From IMG/VR virus record IMGVR_UViG_3300019124_000008, positions 1 through 61,136 of that record: a DNA stretch of 61,136 bases; one strand, given 5' to 3'. Shown one piece after another: positions 37,009-47,349 of this stretch; the stretch's first letter is position 1, and the number at the start of each line of letters is the position of its first letter. The translations under genes were made by a program, and so were the position numbers. The DNA is from a virus. Taxonomy: Duplodnaviria; Caudoviricetes. The notes beneath the pieces were generated by a model. It saw only the letters and a list, made by a program, of their open reading frames with translations. It made no database searches and was not told the origin of the DNA.

Positions 37009-37590
37009 ATGAAAAAGATTACGAAAGTCACCGACCTCGACCTCGACCGGCGCAACGCCAATCGCGGTTCGGTGCGCGGAACTGCCGCTTTGGAAGAATC
37101 AATTACCCGGTATGGTGCGGGTCGTTCGGTTCTCGCCGACAAACACGGACGAATCATCGCCGGAAACACGACGACCGAAGTGTATGTCGGGATGGGAATG
37201 GAAGATGTCATCGTCGTTCCGACTGACGGGTCGAAACTCGTCGTCGTCCAGCGCACCGATCTCGATTTAGAGCGCGACAAAGCAGCCAGAGAACTCGCTC
37301 ACGCCGACAACCGCATCAATCAGATCGGCTACACGCCGGACGTTAATATGATCGAAGCGGATATGGTCGCCGGAGCCGATCTCGGCTGGTTGTGGCGCAA
37401 CGACGAGATCGAGGCGATGAAAGGCGTTGCACCGCCGCTCGAAGGCTCGGAGATCGACGCGATTCAGAACATGGACAAACTTCCCCGCTCCGACCGCAGC
37501 GAATACGAATTGACGGTCGTTTGCGAGTCTCAGGCGAGGCTCGATGAGGCGCGTCGGCTGCTTCAGGACAACGGATTCTACACCAAATAA
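37009..37590 (+). CDS. ParB/Srx-like N-terminal domain protein
   Basis: NAN.G, SITRYG, IIAGN, LAHADNR. Confidence 0.7.
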   Translation: MKKITKVTDLDLDRRNANRGSVRGTAALEESITRYGAGRSVLADKHGRIIAGNTTTEVYVGMGMEDVIVVPTDGSKLVVVQRTDLDLERDKAARELAHADNRINQIGYTPDVNMIEADMVAGADLGWLWRNDEIEAMKGVAPPLEGSEIDAIQNMDKLPRSDRSEYELTVVCESQARLDEARRLLQDNGFYTK

Positions 37591-37592
37591 CG

Positions 37593-37778
37593 ATGAACAA
37601 ACAAAACTCCTGTCAAATCCTCAAAAAACAAAGACCGGAGTTGGAGACGGTTCCCTGCTGCCGGAAATGCCACAAACTGCTCGAAAAAACTGAAGAGTAC
37701 GGCTTCTGCTGTACGCTTGACGAGCATTTGAGCCTCTACAAGCCGACAGCGCGGAAACCGAATCCGCTCCGCAGTTAA
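37593..37778 (+). CDS. Small Cys-rich protein
   Basis: CCRKCH..CC. Confidence 0.45.
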   Translation: MNKQNSCQILKKQRPELETVPCCRKCHKLLEKTEEYGFCCTLDEHLSLYKPTARKPNPLRS

Positions 37779-37798
37779 ATTCAACACCACGCGAATTT

Positions 37799-37843
37799 TG
37801 GTTCATTTGGGTCATCGCTTATAGCGGTGACCCGGATGAACCA
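37799..37843. repeat. 45-bp four-box element, copy 10
   Basis: Core TCGCTTATAGCGG. Confidence 0.9.
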
Positions 37844-37866
37844 ATTTTTCAATTAGGACTAATCCG

Positions 37867-38661
37867 ATGAAAAACGACCAAATCACCAAGACGGACGATC
37901 AAATCATTTTACAGCAGAACGGGAAGACGTTCTACGGGGTGCGAAACCCGAATAAACTCAGCAAGGTTCCCGTTATTTACTCGGACGAAAACGGAAGGCA
38001 GATTTGTTCGGCGCACCGCGCCAACGGTCAGTCGATCTGCACTTCGACGTTTTTGATGAGCAACGGTCGCTGTAAGAAGCACGGCGGGATGACGCCTTCG
38101 GGAGTCGCTTCGCCGCATTTTAAGACCGGAAGGCATTCTCGGAACCTTCCGACCCGGCTGCTGGAGCGGTACGAAGAAGCTCTCGCCGACCCCGAAATGC
38201 ACAGTTTGGAAGCGGAAATCGCGCTCGTTGACGCTCGCATTGACGATCTGCTGCGGCAGACCGACGAAGGCGGTGGCGGCGACATCTTCCTCGAAATCGA
38301 AGACGCATACAAGGCGTTTAATTACGCCTCGCAAGACGGCGACAAAAAGGCGATGCGCGAAAACCTTCGCCGACTCGATGACGCCATCCGGCGCGGTCGC
38401 TCGGAAAGCTACGTCTGGGAAGAAATCCGCAGCCTTCAGGAACAACGCCGGAAGCTCGTTCTCGCCGAAGCCAAGCGACTGCAAATGACCGGACAGACGG
38501 TGACCGTCAAGAACGTCAATCTGCTGATCTCCGCTCTGCTCGATGCCGTGCGTCAGGAAGTCAAGGACACTCGCGTTCTCGCTCGCATCTCGGACGAGTT
38601 CTTCCGCATCGCGCAAGGCTCTTCCGTGCAGCGACAGATCGAGGCAAATTCAAGGGGGTGA
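37867..38661 (+). CDS. Putative terminase small subunit (HGGxSTG-like)
   Basis: C..NGRCKKHGG motif; directly upstream of terL. Confidence 0.65.
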   Translation: MKNDQITKTDDQIILQQNGKTFYGVRNPNKLSKVPVIYSDENGRQICSAHRANGQSICTSTFLMSNGRCKKHGGMTPSGVASPHFKTGRHSRNLPTRLLERYEEALADPEMHSLEAEIALVDARIDDLLRQTDEGGGGDIFLEIEDAYKAFNYASQDGDKKAMRENLRRLDDAIRRGRSESYVWEEIRSLQEQRRKLVLAEAKRLQMTGQTVTVKNVNLLISALLDAVRQEVKDTRVLARISDEFFRIAQGSSVQRQIEANSRG

Positions 38662-38664
38662 CGA

Positions 38665-40332
38665 TTGATGCAGTTTGTCAAAGCTGGCGTGACGCCGCTT
38701 TTCGACTTGATGAAAATGCAGATCGCCGAAGGTCTGCGGCAAAAGAACACCGCCTACGATTGGGAATCCTACCAAGACGACCCGGTTCGCTTCGGTGAGG
38801 AAGTCTTAGGCGAGACGTACACCGACGACGTTAAAAAGCTGATGTGGTCGGTACGAGACAACCGCGACACGCTCGCAAAGTCGGCGAACGCGACCGGCAA
38901 ATCGCACGCGGCGGCTCGCATTGCGTTGTGGTTTTTCCGTTGTTTTCCCGAATCCCAAGTCTATACCGCAGCCGCACCGCCGGAAGACAACCTGCGGAAG
39001 ATTCTCTGGGCTGAAATCGGTTTGATCGTGGAAAAGCACCCGCACGTTTTCGCCGATCTCAAGGTCAACGATCTGCACATCGTCCGGCGCGACAACCCGA
39101 AGTCGTTCCTGACCGGCGTGACGATTCCGACGCAGGGTACGGAAGCGCAGCGCGAAGGTCGCTTTTCGGGAAAACACGCTCCCTATTTGATGTTCATTTT
39201 TGACGAGGCTGACGCCATTCCGAACGAATGCTACAAGGGAGCCGAATCGTGTATGTCCGGCGGTCACGCTCGATTCCTCGCCATGTTCAACCCGCGCCAC
39301 GAATCGGGGATTCTCTACCAAAAAGAGAAAAAGCGCGTCATTAACGTCGTTCAGCTTTCCGCTTTTCGACACCCGAACGTCGTAACCGGCGAAGACCGCA
39401 TTCCCGGCGCGGTGACCCGCGACAAGACCATCCAGCGTATCAACGAATGGAGCGAGCCGGTGCTGCCGGAAGACCTCGACGCCGATGGCGAGCCGAAAGC
39501 CGGTATCCGCGCCGAGTGCTACATGGTTCCCGACTTTCTCGTCGGCACGACGGCTGAAACTCAGGTCAAGGGAGAGTTTTACCCGCCAATTCCGGCTGGC
39601 TGGCGGCGAATCACCGAACCGTCGTTTTCCTACATGGTCTTGGGTGAATACGCGGCAAGCTCGGAAGGTCAGCTTATCTCCCGCGCTTGGATTAACAAGG
39701 CTCGCGCTCGGTACGATGCCTACGTTTCGACGCACGGCAGAAGACCGCCGAAAGGCATCAAGCCGGTTCTCGGTCTCGACGTTGCCGAAATGGGTGTCGA
39801 TACGAACGTATTGACGGCTCGCTACGGCGGCTACGTCGCCGACAGCTTCACTTGGGGTGACGTTGACGTTGTAAAAACGAGCGAATACGCGGCTGATTAC
39901 TACTTCAACCTGAAAGCCGAATACATGGCGATTGACGGAACCGGCGTCGGCGCGGGTGTCGCTCCGATTCTCGAAAAGGATTGGGGTCGTGAGATCAACG
40001 TCTATTCGGTCAAGATGAACTCACGACCGGAGTTCGAGGTCGAAGAAGGCGAGTTCACGCATATCCGCGATCAGTTGTGGTGGATGGTGCGCGAATGGCT
40101 CCGCACCGATTCCGGCGCGATGCTCCCGCCGGACGAGCGGCTGATCGAAGAACTCACGACGCCGACGTACTCGATTCAAAACGGCAAAATCAAAATCATG
40201 AAGAAGGATGAGATGAAGGAACTCTTGAGCCGCTCACCTGACCGAGCCGAATCGCTCGCTCTGACCTTCTTTAACGAAGTTGTCGAAACTCAATCAGCAG
40301 ACTCGCTGCTTGGAAAAGCACTCAGAGGTTAA
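38665..40332 (+). CDS. terL: Terminase large subunit
   Basis: SANATGKS Walker A, FIFDEA Walker B, GLDVA, IDGTGVGAGV, RSPDRAESL. Confidence 0.9.
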   Translation: MMQFVKAGVTPLFDLMKMQIAEGLRQKNTAYDWESYQDDPVRFGEEVLGETYTDDVKKLMWSVRDNRDTLAKSANATGKSHAAARIALWFFRCFPESQVYTAAAPPEDNLRKILWAEIGLIVEKHPHVFADLKVNDLHIVRRDNPKSFLTGVTIPTQGTEAQREGRFSGKHAPYLMFIFDEADAIPNECYKGAESCMSGGHARFLAMFNPRHESGILYQKEKKRVINVVQLSAFRHPNVVTGEDRIPGAVTRDKTIQRINEWSEPVLPEDLDADGEPKAGIRAECYMVPDFLVGTTAETQVKGEFYPPIPAGWRRITEPSFSYMVLGEYAASSEGQLISRAWINKARARYDAYVSTHGRRPPKGIKPVLGLDVAEMGVDTNVLTARYGGYVADSFTWGDVDVVKTSEYAADYYFNLKAEYMAIDGTGVGAGVAPILEKDWGREINVYSVKMNSRPEFEVEEGEFTHIRDQLWWMVREWLRTDSGAMLPPDERLIEELTTPTYSIQNGKIKIMKKDEMKELLSRSPDRAESLALTFFNEVVETQSADSLLGKALRG

Positions 40333-40346
40333 TCACACACACAACT

Positions 40347-41990
40347 ATGAAACGACTAATTTCCCTTTCCTCGCTCAATTCACCGTTGACGGTCGTCTCG
40401 GCTGGCGACCGTCGTGATGTCTATGCGAATCCGGCAAATCACGCGCCGGATTCGCTCGAAGCCGACCATGCTCACTACAATCAGATGTTCGCCTACTACT
40501 CGAACACGGCGTTCGATGAAGTGGCGAAATGGTCGCGTTACCGGCACAACTACAATCTCTACCGCCACACTCGACCGATCTTCAACCCGGTGACGCGGGT
40601 CATCGACTTTTACGCCGATCATATCTACCCCGGACTGCTCTCGGAAAAAGAGCGCACGGCAGACGGCAAACAAAGCGCGATTCCGTTCGATTTCGACACT
40701 CCGCAGGAAATCCGCTCGGCGGTCGCACAGGCGTGGCAATGGTCGAACTGGCAAACGGGTCAATCGCTGATGGTCAGCTACGCGGCGATGACCGGAGTCG
40801 CGCTCATCGAGGTCGTTGACGACTTCGAGCGCGGTAAGGTGCGCTTTCAGGTGCGCTTTCCGTCTCAGGTGAAATTCGTCCGGCTCGACGCCTACGGCAA
40901 CGTCAAGGCATACGTTCTCGAATACATGACGAGCGACCCGCGTATTGATAACGGTCGGTTTTTCACCTACGCCAAGGAAGTTCAGGAAGACTTCATCGCC
41001 TACTACAAAAACGGTCAGCCGTTCGATTACGGTCAAGGCGCAGTGATCGAGAACCCTTACGGCTTTGCTCCGGCGGTCTGGGTCAAGCATCTCGACATCG
41101 GCACTCCGAAAGGCATTTCGGCAATCCGGTCGTCGCTGGCGAAGATTGATGAAGTCAATTCGATTGTCTCGCACACGGCAGACCACATTCACAAGCAGAT
41201 CAACTCGCCGCGCATCCTGTGGTCGAAGTCAACGATCACGCCACTTTTTTCCGATCAATCGGTCGATTCGTCGGATTTCGACGCTCGGCAAGATCAACTG
41301 CTTTTGAAGGGTCACGAAGGCGGCACGACCGACACGCTCGTCGGCAATCTCGACCCGCAGACGATTATCCCGATTGTTCAGGAAATCCTCGCCGAGATCG
41401 AAAAGGATTACCCGGAAATTACGATGTACGAAAAATTACGCGATCAGAACATCGTCACCGCGCCGGGAGCCGCTCGACTGATGGGAGACGTTGAGCGTAA
41501 GATGAGCCGACCCGCAGCCAATTACGATCTGGCGAACGTCAAGCTCGCGCAGATGGCAATGGCAATCGGCGGCTGGCGAGTGCAGAAAGGCGATTGGGGA
41601 GCGAAAAATAGGTTGACAAGACAGCAGCAAAAATTTCTGCCTTTCGATCTGACGAGCTATAATAAAGGCGAACTCGACTTTTCGATTCAACGCCGCTCAT
41701 TGATCGAGCCGAGTTCGCGGGAAATTGCCGAGGAATTTCAGGTTCGTGCGAACGCTCTCGCCTCGATTTCCGACGTTCTTCCGGTTGAGGAAAAACTTCG
41801 GAAGCTCGGATACCGGGAAGAGGAAATTCCGGCAATCGTGGAAAAACTCAGGCAAGAACAAAACGAGCGCGAAGCGCGGGAAGAACGGCGATTCCAGCGC
41901 GAGGCGAAGTTGAAAGAAAAGCAGAAAAAAGATGGTGAAGGTAACGAATCGAACGATCAGAAAGAAAGCGGAGAAGGTACGAACGGGTAA
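40347..41990 (+). CDS. Portal protein
   Basis: Position after terL, size, helical content. Confidence 0.75.
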   Translation: MKRLISLSSLNSPLTVVSAGDRRDVYANPANHAPDSLEADHAHYNQMFAYYSNTAFDEVAKWSRYRHNYNLYRHTRPIFNPVTRVIDFYADHIYPGLLSEKERTADGKQSAIPFDFDTPQEIRSAVAQAWQWSNWQTGQSLMVSYAAMTGVALIEVVDDFERGKVRFQVRFPSQVKFVRLDAYGNVKAYVLEYMTSDPRIDNGRFFTYAKEVQEDFIAYYKNGQPFDYGQGAVIENPYGFAPAVWVKHLDIGTPKGISAIRSSLAKIDEVNSIVSHTADHIHKQINSPRILWSKSTITPLFSDQSVDSSDFDARQDQLLLKGHEGGTTDTLVGNLDPQTIIPIVQEILAEIEKDYPEITMYEKLRDQNIVTAPGAARLMGDVERKMSRPAANYDLANVKLAQMAMAIGGWRVQKGDWGAKNRLTRQQQKFLPFDLTSYNKGELDFSIQRRSLIEPSSREIAEEFQVRANALASISDVLPVEEKLRKLGYREEEIPAIVEKLRQEQNEREAREERRFQREAKLKEKQKKDGEGNESNDQKESGEGTNG

Positions 41991-42160
41991 TACGCTGTGC
42001 ATGGTGAATGTTGCGGCAGAATCGGTTCCTGATGCGGTCTCGGTGCGAGTCGCGGCTGGATTAGCTGATTCTGCCGTCTTTATGGATGGAAGGTGGATTT
42101 TAGCCGCCAAGTGGAACACTTTGAGCCGAGGGGGATTAGCAACGACGAAGATCGAATGAT

Positions 42161-42940
42161 ATGAACGAACGAAAACTGATTTGGACTGAAGAAGAATTGC
42201 CGCAGGGGTCGGCTGAATGGCTCCGCTGGCGCGAAGGCGGCAACGAACAAAACATCTTCACGCTTGGGGGGAGCGAGGTCGCTCCCCTGATGTATATGTC
42301 GCCTTTCACGCTGCCGATTGACGTTTACAATCAAAAGAAAGGCATCGAGAAAAAGGAATTTTCCGACGCGCAGATGGAAATTATGAACCGGGGGAGTCGT
42401 CTGGAACCGCTGGCGCGTCGGCATTACGAGAACAAGTACGGGGTCAAGGTCGAACAGCTTTGCGCGATTCACCCGGATTATCCTTGGATGCGAACGAGTC
42501 TCGACGGCATTACCGAAGACCGCCGGGTGATTCTCGAAATCAAGTCGCCGAAGAACCTCGCCAACCACGAAAAGCAGACGCGCAAGAACCGGGAAACGAA
42601 GGAACGCGAAGTCGTCGCGTACCGCTACCCGCAGATGCAGTGGCAGATCGCGGTGATGCGCGAACACTTCCCGCAGGTCGAGCGCGTCGATTACGTCTCG
42701 TTCTACGCCGAGGAAAACCCGGACGGAGAACTCATCAACACCGAGATCGTCGTCATTCCGATTCTGCCGGATGAAGGATTTATCCGTGAGATGATTCGAC
42801 GCGCTAAAACCTTCGTATGGCACTTGGAAAACGACGTTCCGCCGCCGCCGACGCTTTTTCTCGAAGACGCGGAGCTTGTCGCCGTCAATCCCCGGACGAT
42901 CAAGCCGGAGAAGCGGTATATGCCGGGTGTGTTTTTTTAA
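42161..42940 (+). CDS. YqaJ/lambda-exonuclease family nuclease
   Basis: QGSAEWLRWR, GGSE, G..LEP.AR, SLDG, LEIK, QMQWQ. Confidence 0.9.
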   Translation: MNERKLIWTEEELPQGSAEWLRWREGGNEQNIFTLGGSEVAPLMYMSPFTLPIDVYNQKKGIEKKEFSDAQMEIMNRGSRLEPLARRHYENKYGVKVEQLCAIHPDYPWMRTSLDGITEDRRVILEIKSPKNLANHEKQTRKNRETKEREVVAYRYPQMQWQIAVMREHFPQVERVDYVSFYAEENPDGELINTEIVVIPILPDEGFIREMIRRAKTFVWHLENDVPPPPTLFLEDAELVAVNPRTIKPEKRYMPGVFF

Positions 42941-43047
42941 CAACCTGTTACGTTAGAGCGTAAAATTCGGTACACAAGAGACCGAAAATTTTTTGACTTC
43001 TTATTACGCTCTAACGTAACATAGTCTTTGTCAGGGGGAAATGATTT

Positions 43048-43266
43048 ATGCAAGAGACAACGAACGAAACCTTGAAAATGACCGAACCGGAACGAGCCGT
43101 GCGGGTTCACCGGAGCTACAAGACGGTTCCAGCGGGGAACGTCTTCGCCTTTGCGATGAGCGGCACTCGCTACCTGAAGATGGCAGACGGTTCCATCCGT
43201 CGCGTTGACAAGCCGCTCTCGAAGAAAAAGCGGCAGAAACTTTTAAGAGAGGGGAAAGGAAATTGA
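43048..43266 (+). CDS. Small basic protein
   Basis: Own promoter TTGACT at about 42993. Confidence 0.55.
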   Translation: MQETTNETLKMTEPERAVRVHRSYKTVPAGNVFAFAMSGTRYLKMADGSIRRVDKPLSKKKRQKLLREGKGN

Positions 43267-43649
43267 TGATTTTACTGACTGTTTTGAAATTTTACTTATT
43301 GTTTCTCGGTACACTTGCCTTTATCCGGCAGATCGCGCTTCTCGCGCACAAGGTCAGCGAGTTTCGCGTCAGGCGCAAAATGCTTTCTCTTTCTTCGCCG
43401 AAAGAGCGGTTGACGTTCCTGATCGAACTGATGAACAAGCGGCGAGCGCAGTGGCAGCGGGTGGCGAACTTCGTCGGCAGCCTCGGCTTGATGAATACGA
43501 AAGCCTACTTCGATCAGCGAATCGCTTCACTCAACATTGTCATTGCCTACGCCGAGGCGATGCTCGCCGTCGCCGAAAAAAGCGATGAGCGGCAGTCGAA
43601 GAACGTGATCGACTTTACCGGGATTCTCCGCAGCAACTCGGTTCACTAA
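43263..43649 (+). CDS. Membrane-anchored hypothetical protein
   Basis: N-terminal TM. Confidence 0.55.
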   Translation: MMILLTVLKFYLLFLGTLAFIRQIALLAHKVSEFRVRRKMLSLSSPKERLTFLIELMNKRRAQWQRVANFVGSLGLMNTKAYFDQRIASLNIVIAYAEAMLAVAEKSDERQSKNVIDFTGILRSNSVH

Positions 43650-43739
43650 AAGAAAACCTGCCTCGAACCGAGCTTCTCGATCAACCTGCCAAACACTTCC
43701 CGCATTTTATCCCGCCGTAAAAATCCCGCCTTTTGATTT

Positions 43740-43784
43740 TGGGTCATTTGGTTCATCACTATAACGGGTGAACCAAGTGACCCA
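43740..43784. repeat. 45-bp four-box element, copy 11
   Basis: Core TCACTATAACGGG. Confidence 0.9.
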
Positions 43785-43896
43785 AATTTCTTTCGAGAGA
43801 GGTAGAAAATCGGAACTTCTCGCTTCGTGATAAATTACATTCTAACGTAACACTTCAAAAACCAATTCAAGGAAGGAACTTACAAACCGAATTTTT

Positions 43897-44565
43897 ATGG
43901 ACAAGAACAAAGACCAAAAGACCGATGGCAAGGGAACTGCGGCTGACGAGATCGTAGTCGATACGACCGACGCCGCCAATGCTGGTCAGACCTCGGATAC
44001 TTCGACCGATGAATCGAAGGCAGACGAAACGAAGACTCAGCTTTCCGACGAACCGGCGGCAGACGCCGCTGACGGAGAAGACGACGACGATGAGGAAGAG
44101 GATGAAATCCTCGGCGACGACGGTGAAAAGAAATTCACCCAGACCGACCTCAACAAGATCGTCAAGGAACGGCTGAAGAAGGAAAAAGCCAAGAGCAAGC
44201 AGAAACTTGACGCTCTCGCACAGCAAGTCGAACAGCTTAACACCGAACTGTCCGGTTATCGACAGGAAGCGCAAGCCGCTCTCAAAGCCGAATTTGACTC
44301 GCTGGCAGACGATGTGAAGGCACTCGCGCCGGGAGACATCTCCAAGGTCGAGGATGCCGCAACGCTCCGAGCGTGGCTTCCGAAGGCGAAGCAGCTTTCG
44401 GCGAAACTTGTCGGTGAAACGAAACCGAGCGAGTCGAAGCCGGAAGAAAAGAAAAAGGTCGGCAACGTCGAAGACCCCGCGCCTTTAGGCAACGAGCAGA
44501 AAGTCAAGGATGAGAAAGACCTGATCGCTCACGCTCGCAAACACAGTATCTACTCATCATTCTAA
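43897..44565 (+). CDS. Capsid scaffolding protein
   Basis: Acidic N-terminus, KFTQTDLNKIVKERL motif, coiled coil. Confidence 0.8.
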   Translation: MDKNKDQKTDGKGTAADEIVVDTTDAANAGQTSDTSTDESKADETKTQLSDEPAADAADGEDDDDEEEDEILGDDGEKKFTQTDLNKIVKERLKKEKAKSKQKLDALAQQVEQLNTELSGYRQEAQAALKAEFDSLADDVKALAPGDISKVEDAATLRAWLPKAKQLSAKLVGETKPSESKPEEKKKVGNVEDPAPLGNEQKVKDEKDLIAHARKHSIYSSF

Positions 44566-44602
44566 ACCACACAAAAAAAAAATTTCAGGAGACTTATTAA
44601 AA

Positions 44603-45040
44603 ATGGCAGACATCGCTCTTTTAGCTTCAACCGCCAGCAATAAAGCTGGCAATTCCAACGTAAGCCTGAATGTCGAAGAATCCTTTGAACAGATGACCCT
44701 CATCGCGGCGGCTGATCTTAATGCCGGAACCCCGGTCTATGTCGATAGCAACGGCAAGTTCGCCGAGGCTGACGCTTCTGCGGCTGGAACCGCCGATGTG
44801 TACGGAATTACCGTTCGCAAGGTGAAGGCTGGTCAGGCGGTCACCGCCGTCGCTCGCGGAGTTCTGTCTGGATTCGACTTTTCGGCGCAGTCTTTCGGCG
44901 CACAGATTTTCCTGTCGGACACGGCTGGTAAAGTCGCTGACGCCGCCGGAACCGTTTCCAAGCGAGTTGGTCGGGTTATCCCCGCTCACGGACAGCCTCG
45001 CGGCTCGTCTCTCGCTAAATTGCTTCAGGTTCAATGCTAA
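44603..45040 (+). CDS. Head decoration/cement protein
   Basis: Small Ala/Gly-rich protein between scaffold and capsid. Confidence 0.65.
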   Translation: MADIALLASTASNKAGNSNVSLNVEESFEQMTLIAAADLNAGTPVYVDSNGKFAEADASAAGTADVYGITVRKVKAGQAVTAVARGVLSGFDFSAQSFGAQIFLSDTAGKVADAAGTVSKRVGRVIPAHGQPRGSSLAKLLQVQC

Positions 45041-45134
45041 TCATTGCTTGAAGTTTTTTACCTAATACTTACGTTTTAACGTAAATAGACTCACACAAAA
45101 ACCTTTGACTTTAGGGGGATAACTAAAAACTATT

Positions 45135-46196
45135 ATGGCAGACTTACTTTACGGTTTTACCGGACTTAAAGATGTTGTCAACGAGCGCGTGACCGGCGAT
45201 TTGATCGTTCCGGTGACCGAAGCGATTGATCGCACCATCGAAGTCCACAATAAGGTGACGGAAGATATGCTCCGTCTTTTCACGCAGCCGACGACGCAGT
45301 ACAAAGTGCGTTACAAATCGCCTTTCGCCGCCAAGTTGCAGCCGCTCGATGAATACGGTCGTGCGAGAAAGGTTCGTCAGGCTGGCTACTACGACGTTGC
45401 CTTCCCGATCAAATCAGCGGGAACGGCTCTCGGCGAAACTCGCCTCGCTCTGGCGAAAATGACAATCGGACAGGTCAACGAGCGCATCGCTCTGATCTTG
45501 GACGCCGACAAGCGTTGGCTGCGCGACGAAATCCTCTCCGCATTGTTCGGCAACACCGAATATACGTTTATGGACGAGGAACACGGCGATCTGACGATCA
45601 AGCCGATTGCCAACGGCGACGACACCCGCTACTTGCTTCGGATGGGAGCCGAGCAGGGTGAAACGGCTGACCACTTCCTCTCGATTCCGTCGATGGACGA
45701 CGCGAACAACAACTTCTCGGCTATCCATCAACTGCTGACGAAGAGACCGGAAAACGCTGGCGACGGCAAGGTTATTACCTTCATCCCGACGAACTTGCGC
45801 GACGATGTGGAAAACCTCGCTGCGTTCAAGGAAGCCTCTGACCCGGACATCACCGAAGGCATCGGCAAAGATCGCCTGACCGGAACGCTCAACGCTTCGG
45901 TTCCCGGTGAAGTTCTCGGCAAGGTTTCGCGGAACTGGATTGTCGAGTGGGGTGCGATGCCGAGCGATTATATGATCTCGGTCATCACCAGCGGCGACCG
46001 CGCTCTGGCGATGCGTCAGCACCCGGAAGCCGAACTGCAAGGCTTCTACCGCTCGGCTGACCGCGTTGACTCGCCGTTCTTCGAGTCGCAGTACGAGCGT
46101 CACGCCGGATTCGGCGGCTGGAACCGCGTCAACGTCGTCGTGACGAAAGTCGGTGGCGCGTATTCGGTTCCGAGCGGATTCGAGAGAGTCGGCTAA
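45135..46196 (+). CDS. Major capsid protein
   Basis: 353 aa, position, followed by terminator. Confidence 0.75.
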   Translation: MADLLYGFTGLKDVVNERVTGDLIVPVTEAIDRTIEVHNKVTEDMLRLFTQPTTQYKVRYKSPFAAKLQPLDEYGRARKVRQAGYYDVAFPIKSAGTALGETRLALAKMTIGQVNERIALILDADKRWLRDEILSALFGNTEYTFMDEEHGDLTIKPIANGDDTRYLLRMGAEQGETADHFLSIPSMDDANNNFSAIHQLLTKRPENAGDGKVITFIPTNLRDDVENLAAFKEASDPDITEGIGKDRLTGTLNASVPGEVLGKVSRNWIVEWGAMPSDYMISVITSGDRALAMRQHPEAELQGFYRSADRVDSPFFESQYERHAGFGGWNRVNVVVTKVGGAYSVPSGFERVG

Positions 46197-46224
46197 TCCG
46201 CGAACCGGATGAAGTGAATTAACG

Positions 46225-46268
46225 AAAAGAGGCAGCAGTTTGAAAAGGCTGGCTGTCTCTTTTCTTTT
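46225..46268 (+). terminator. Intrinsic terminator
   Basis: AAAAGAGGCAGC..GCTGTCTCTTTTCTTTT. Confidence 0.65.
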
Positions 46269-46287
46269 ACAAAAAGGGAGACAAATT

Positions 46288-46557
46288 ATGCCAAGTTTTG
46301 AAAAGATTGCTGCTCGCCGCTTTGTGGCAATGAAGCGGCTTGAAGACGCGAGAAAGAAACTCAGCGAAAAGACCGGAGTCGAAGTCGCCGCGCCGAAGCC
46401 GGTGAAGACGACCGACCCGGAATTTCGTCAGGTCGTGCAGCTTGAATCGTTCGCCGATACGCTCGAAGCGTTGATCGCCAAGTACGACGAGATGTTCGGC
46501 AAGCTGGCTGCGGCGGCTCCGGCGAAACGCAGCACGAAAACAAAATCACAGGATTAA
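46288..46557 (+). CDS. Hypothetical protein
   Basis: GGGAG RBS. Confidence 0.6.
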   Translation: MPSFEKIAARRFVAMKRLEDARKKLSEKTGVEVAAPKPVKTTDPEFRQVVQLESFADTLEALIAKYDEMFGKLAAAAPAKRSTKTKSQD

Positions 46558-46576
46558 CCGAGGATAGACACCGCTT

Positions 46577-46951
46577 ATGCCGCAATCAATCAACTTCACT
46601 GACGACGATTTCGAGTATATCCGCGAGATTTGTCAGGTTCCGAACAAGTCCGACTTGATTGTCGATCTCATTACGAGATGCAATGCGCTGAACCCGGCAC
46701 AGGTCACGGCTTGCCAGCGCGACATCGAAAAATACAAGGCGACCGAGTACGGAACCGAAAAATCGAAAGGTGGCATCAAGGGAACGGATTACGACGCCGA
46801 ACGCAACCGCTGTCAGATCACCGCCAAGATGCGCCAGCGGCTCGGCTTCGGCAAAATCCCCTGCGAGTCGCTGCTCGACCCGTTTGCCTTTGCGTCAGCC
46901 ACGCTGCGGATTTACAACCTCTCTTCCGAGGAAGACGAGTACAGCAAGTAA
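46577..46951 (+). CDS. Putative head-tail adaptor
   Basis: Synteny. Confidence 0.5.
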   Translation: MPQSINFTDDDFEYIREICQVPNKSDLIVDLITRCNALNPAQVTACQRDIEKYKATEYGTEKSKGGIKGTDYDAERNRCQITAKMRQRLGFGKIPCESLLDPFAFASATLRIYNLSSEEDEYSK

Positions 46952-46967
46952 AGGGGGAACAAGGTAA

Positions 46968-47336
46968 ATGGCAATGGATTTAAGTGCCGTGACGCAAGCC
47001 GAAATGCTGATCGAGCGGCTGACCCAACCGGATAACGTCTCAATCGACTTTATCCAGATCGACCCGGAGACCGGCAACCGGGTGACGCTTCTGTCTTTGA
47101 CGAAATCGAGCGGTCATCATTGGGATTTGACCGAGGTCAATAACATTTACGTCAACGTCGAATTTCTTCGCCTTCGGGTGAAGGATTTTGCCGGGTTCTC
47201 CGATACGCTCGCGGCGACCGAGTTTCTGCGCTATCAGGGATTCGACTACCGCATCCGGCGACAGACGCCGCCGTTTGGAACAGACCGGAACTGGCTTTTC
47301 CGGCTCGAACGGACTTCCGATTTCGAGCGCGATTAA
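46968..47336 (+). CDS. Putative head closure protein
   Basis: Synteny, beta-rich. Confidence 0.5.
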   Translation: MAMDLSAVTQAEMLIERLTQPDNVSIDFIQIDPETGNRVTLLSLTKSSGHHWDLTEVNNIYVNVEFLRLRVKDFAGFSDTLAATEFLRYQGFDYRIRRQTPPFGTDRNWLFRLERTSDFERD

Positions 47337-47349
47337 CGATTAACGAGCA

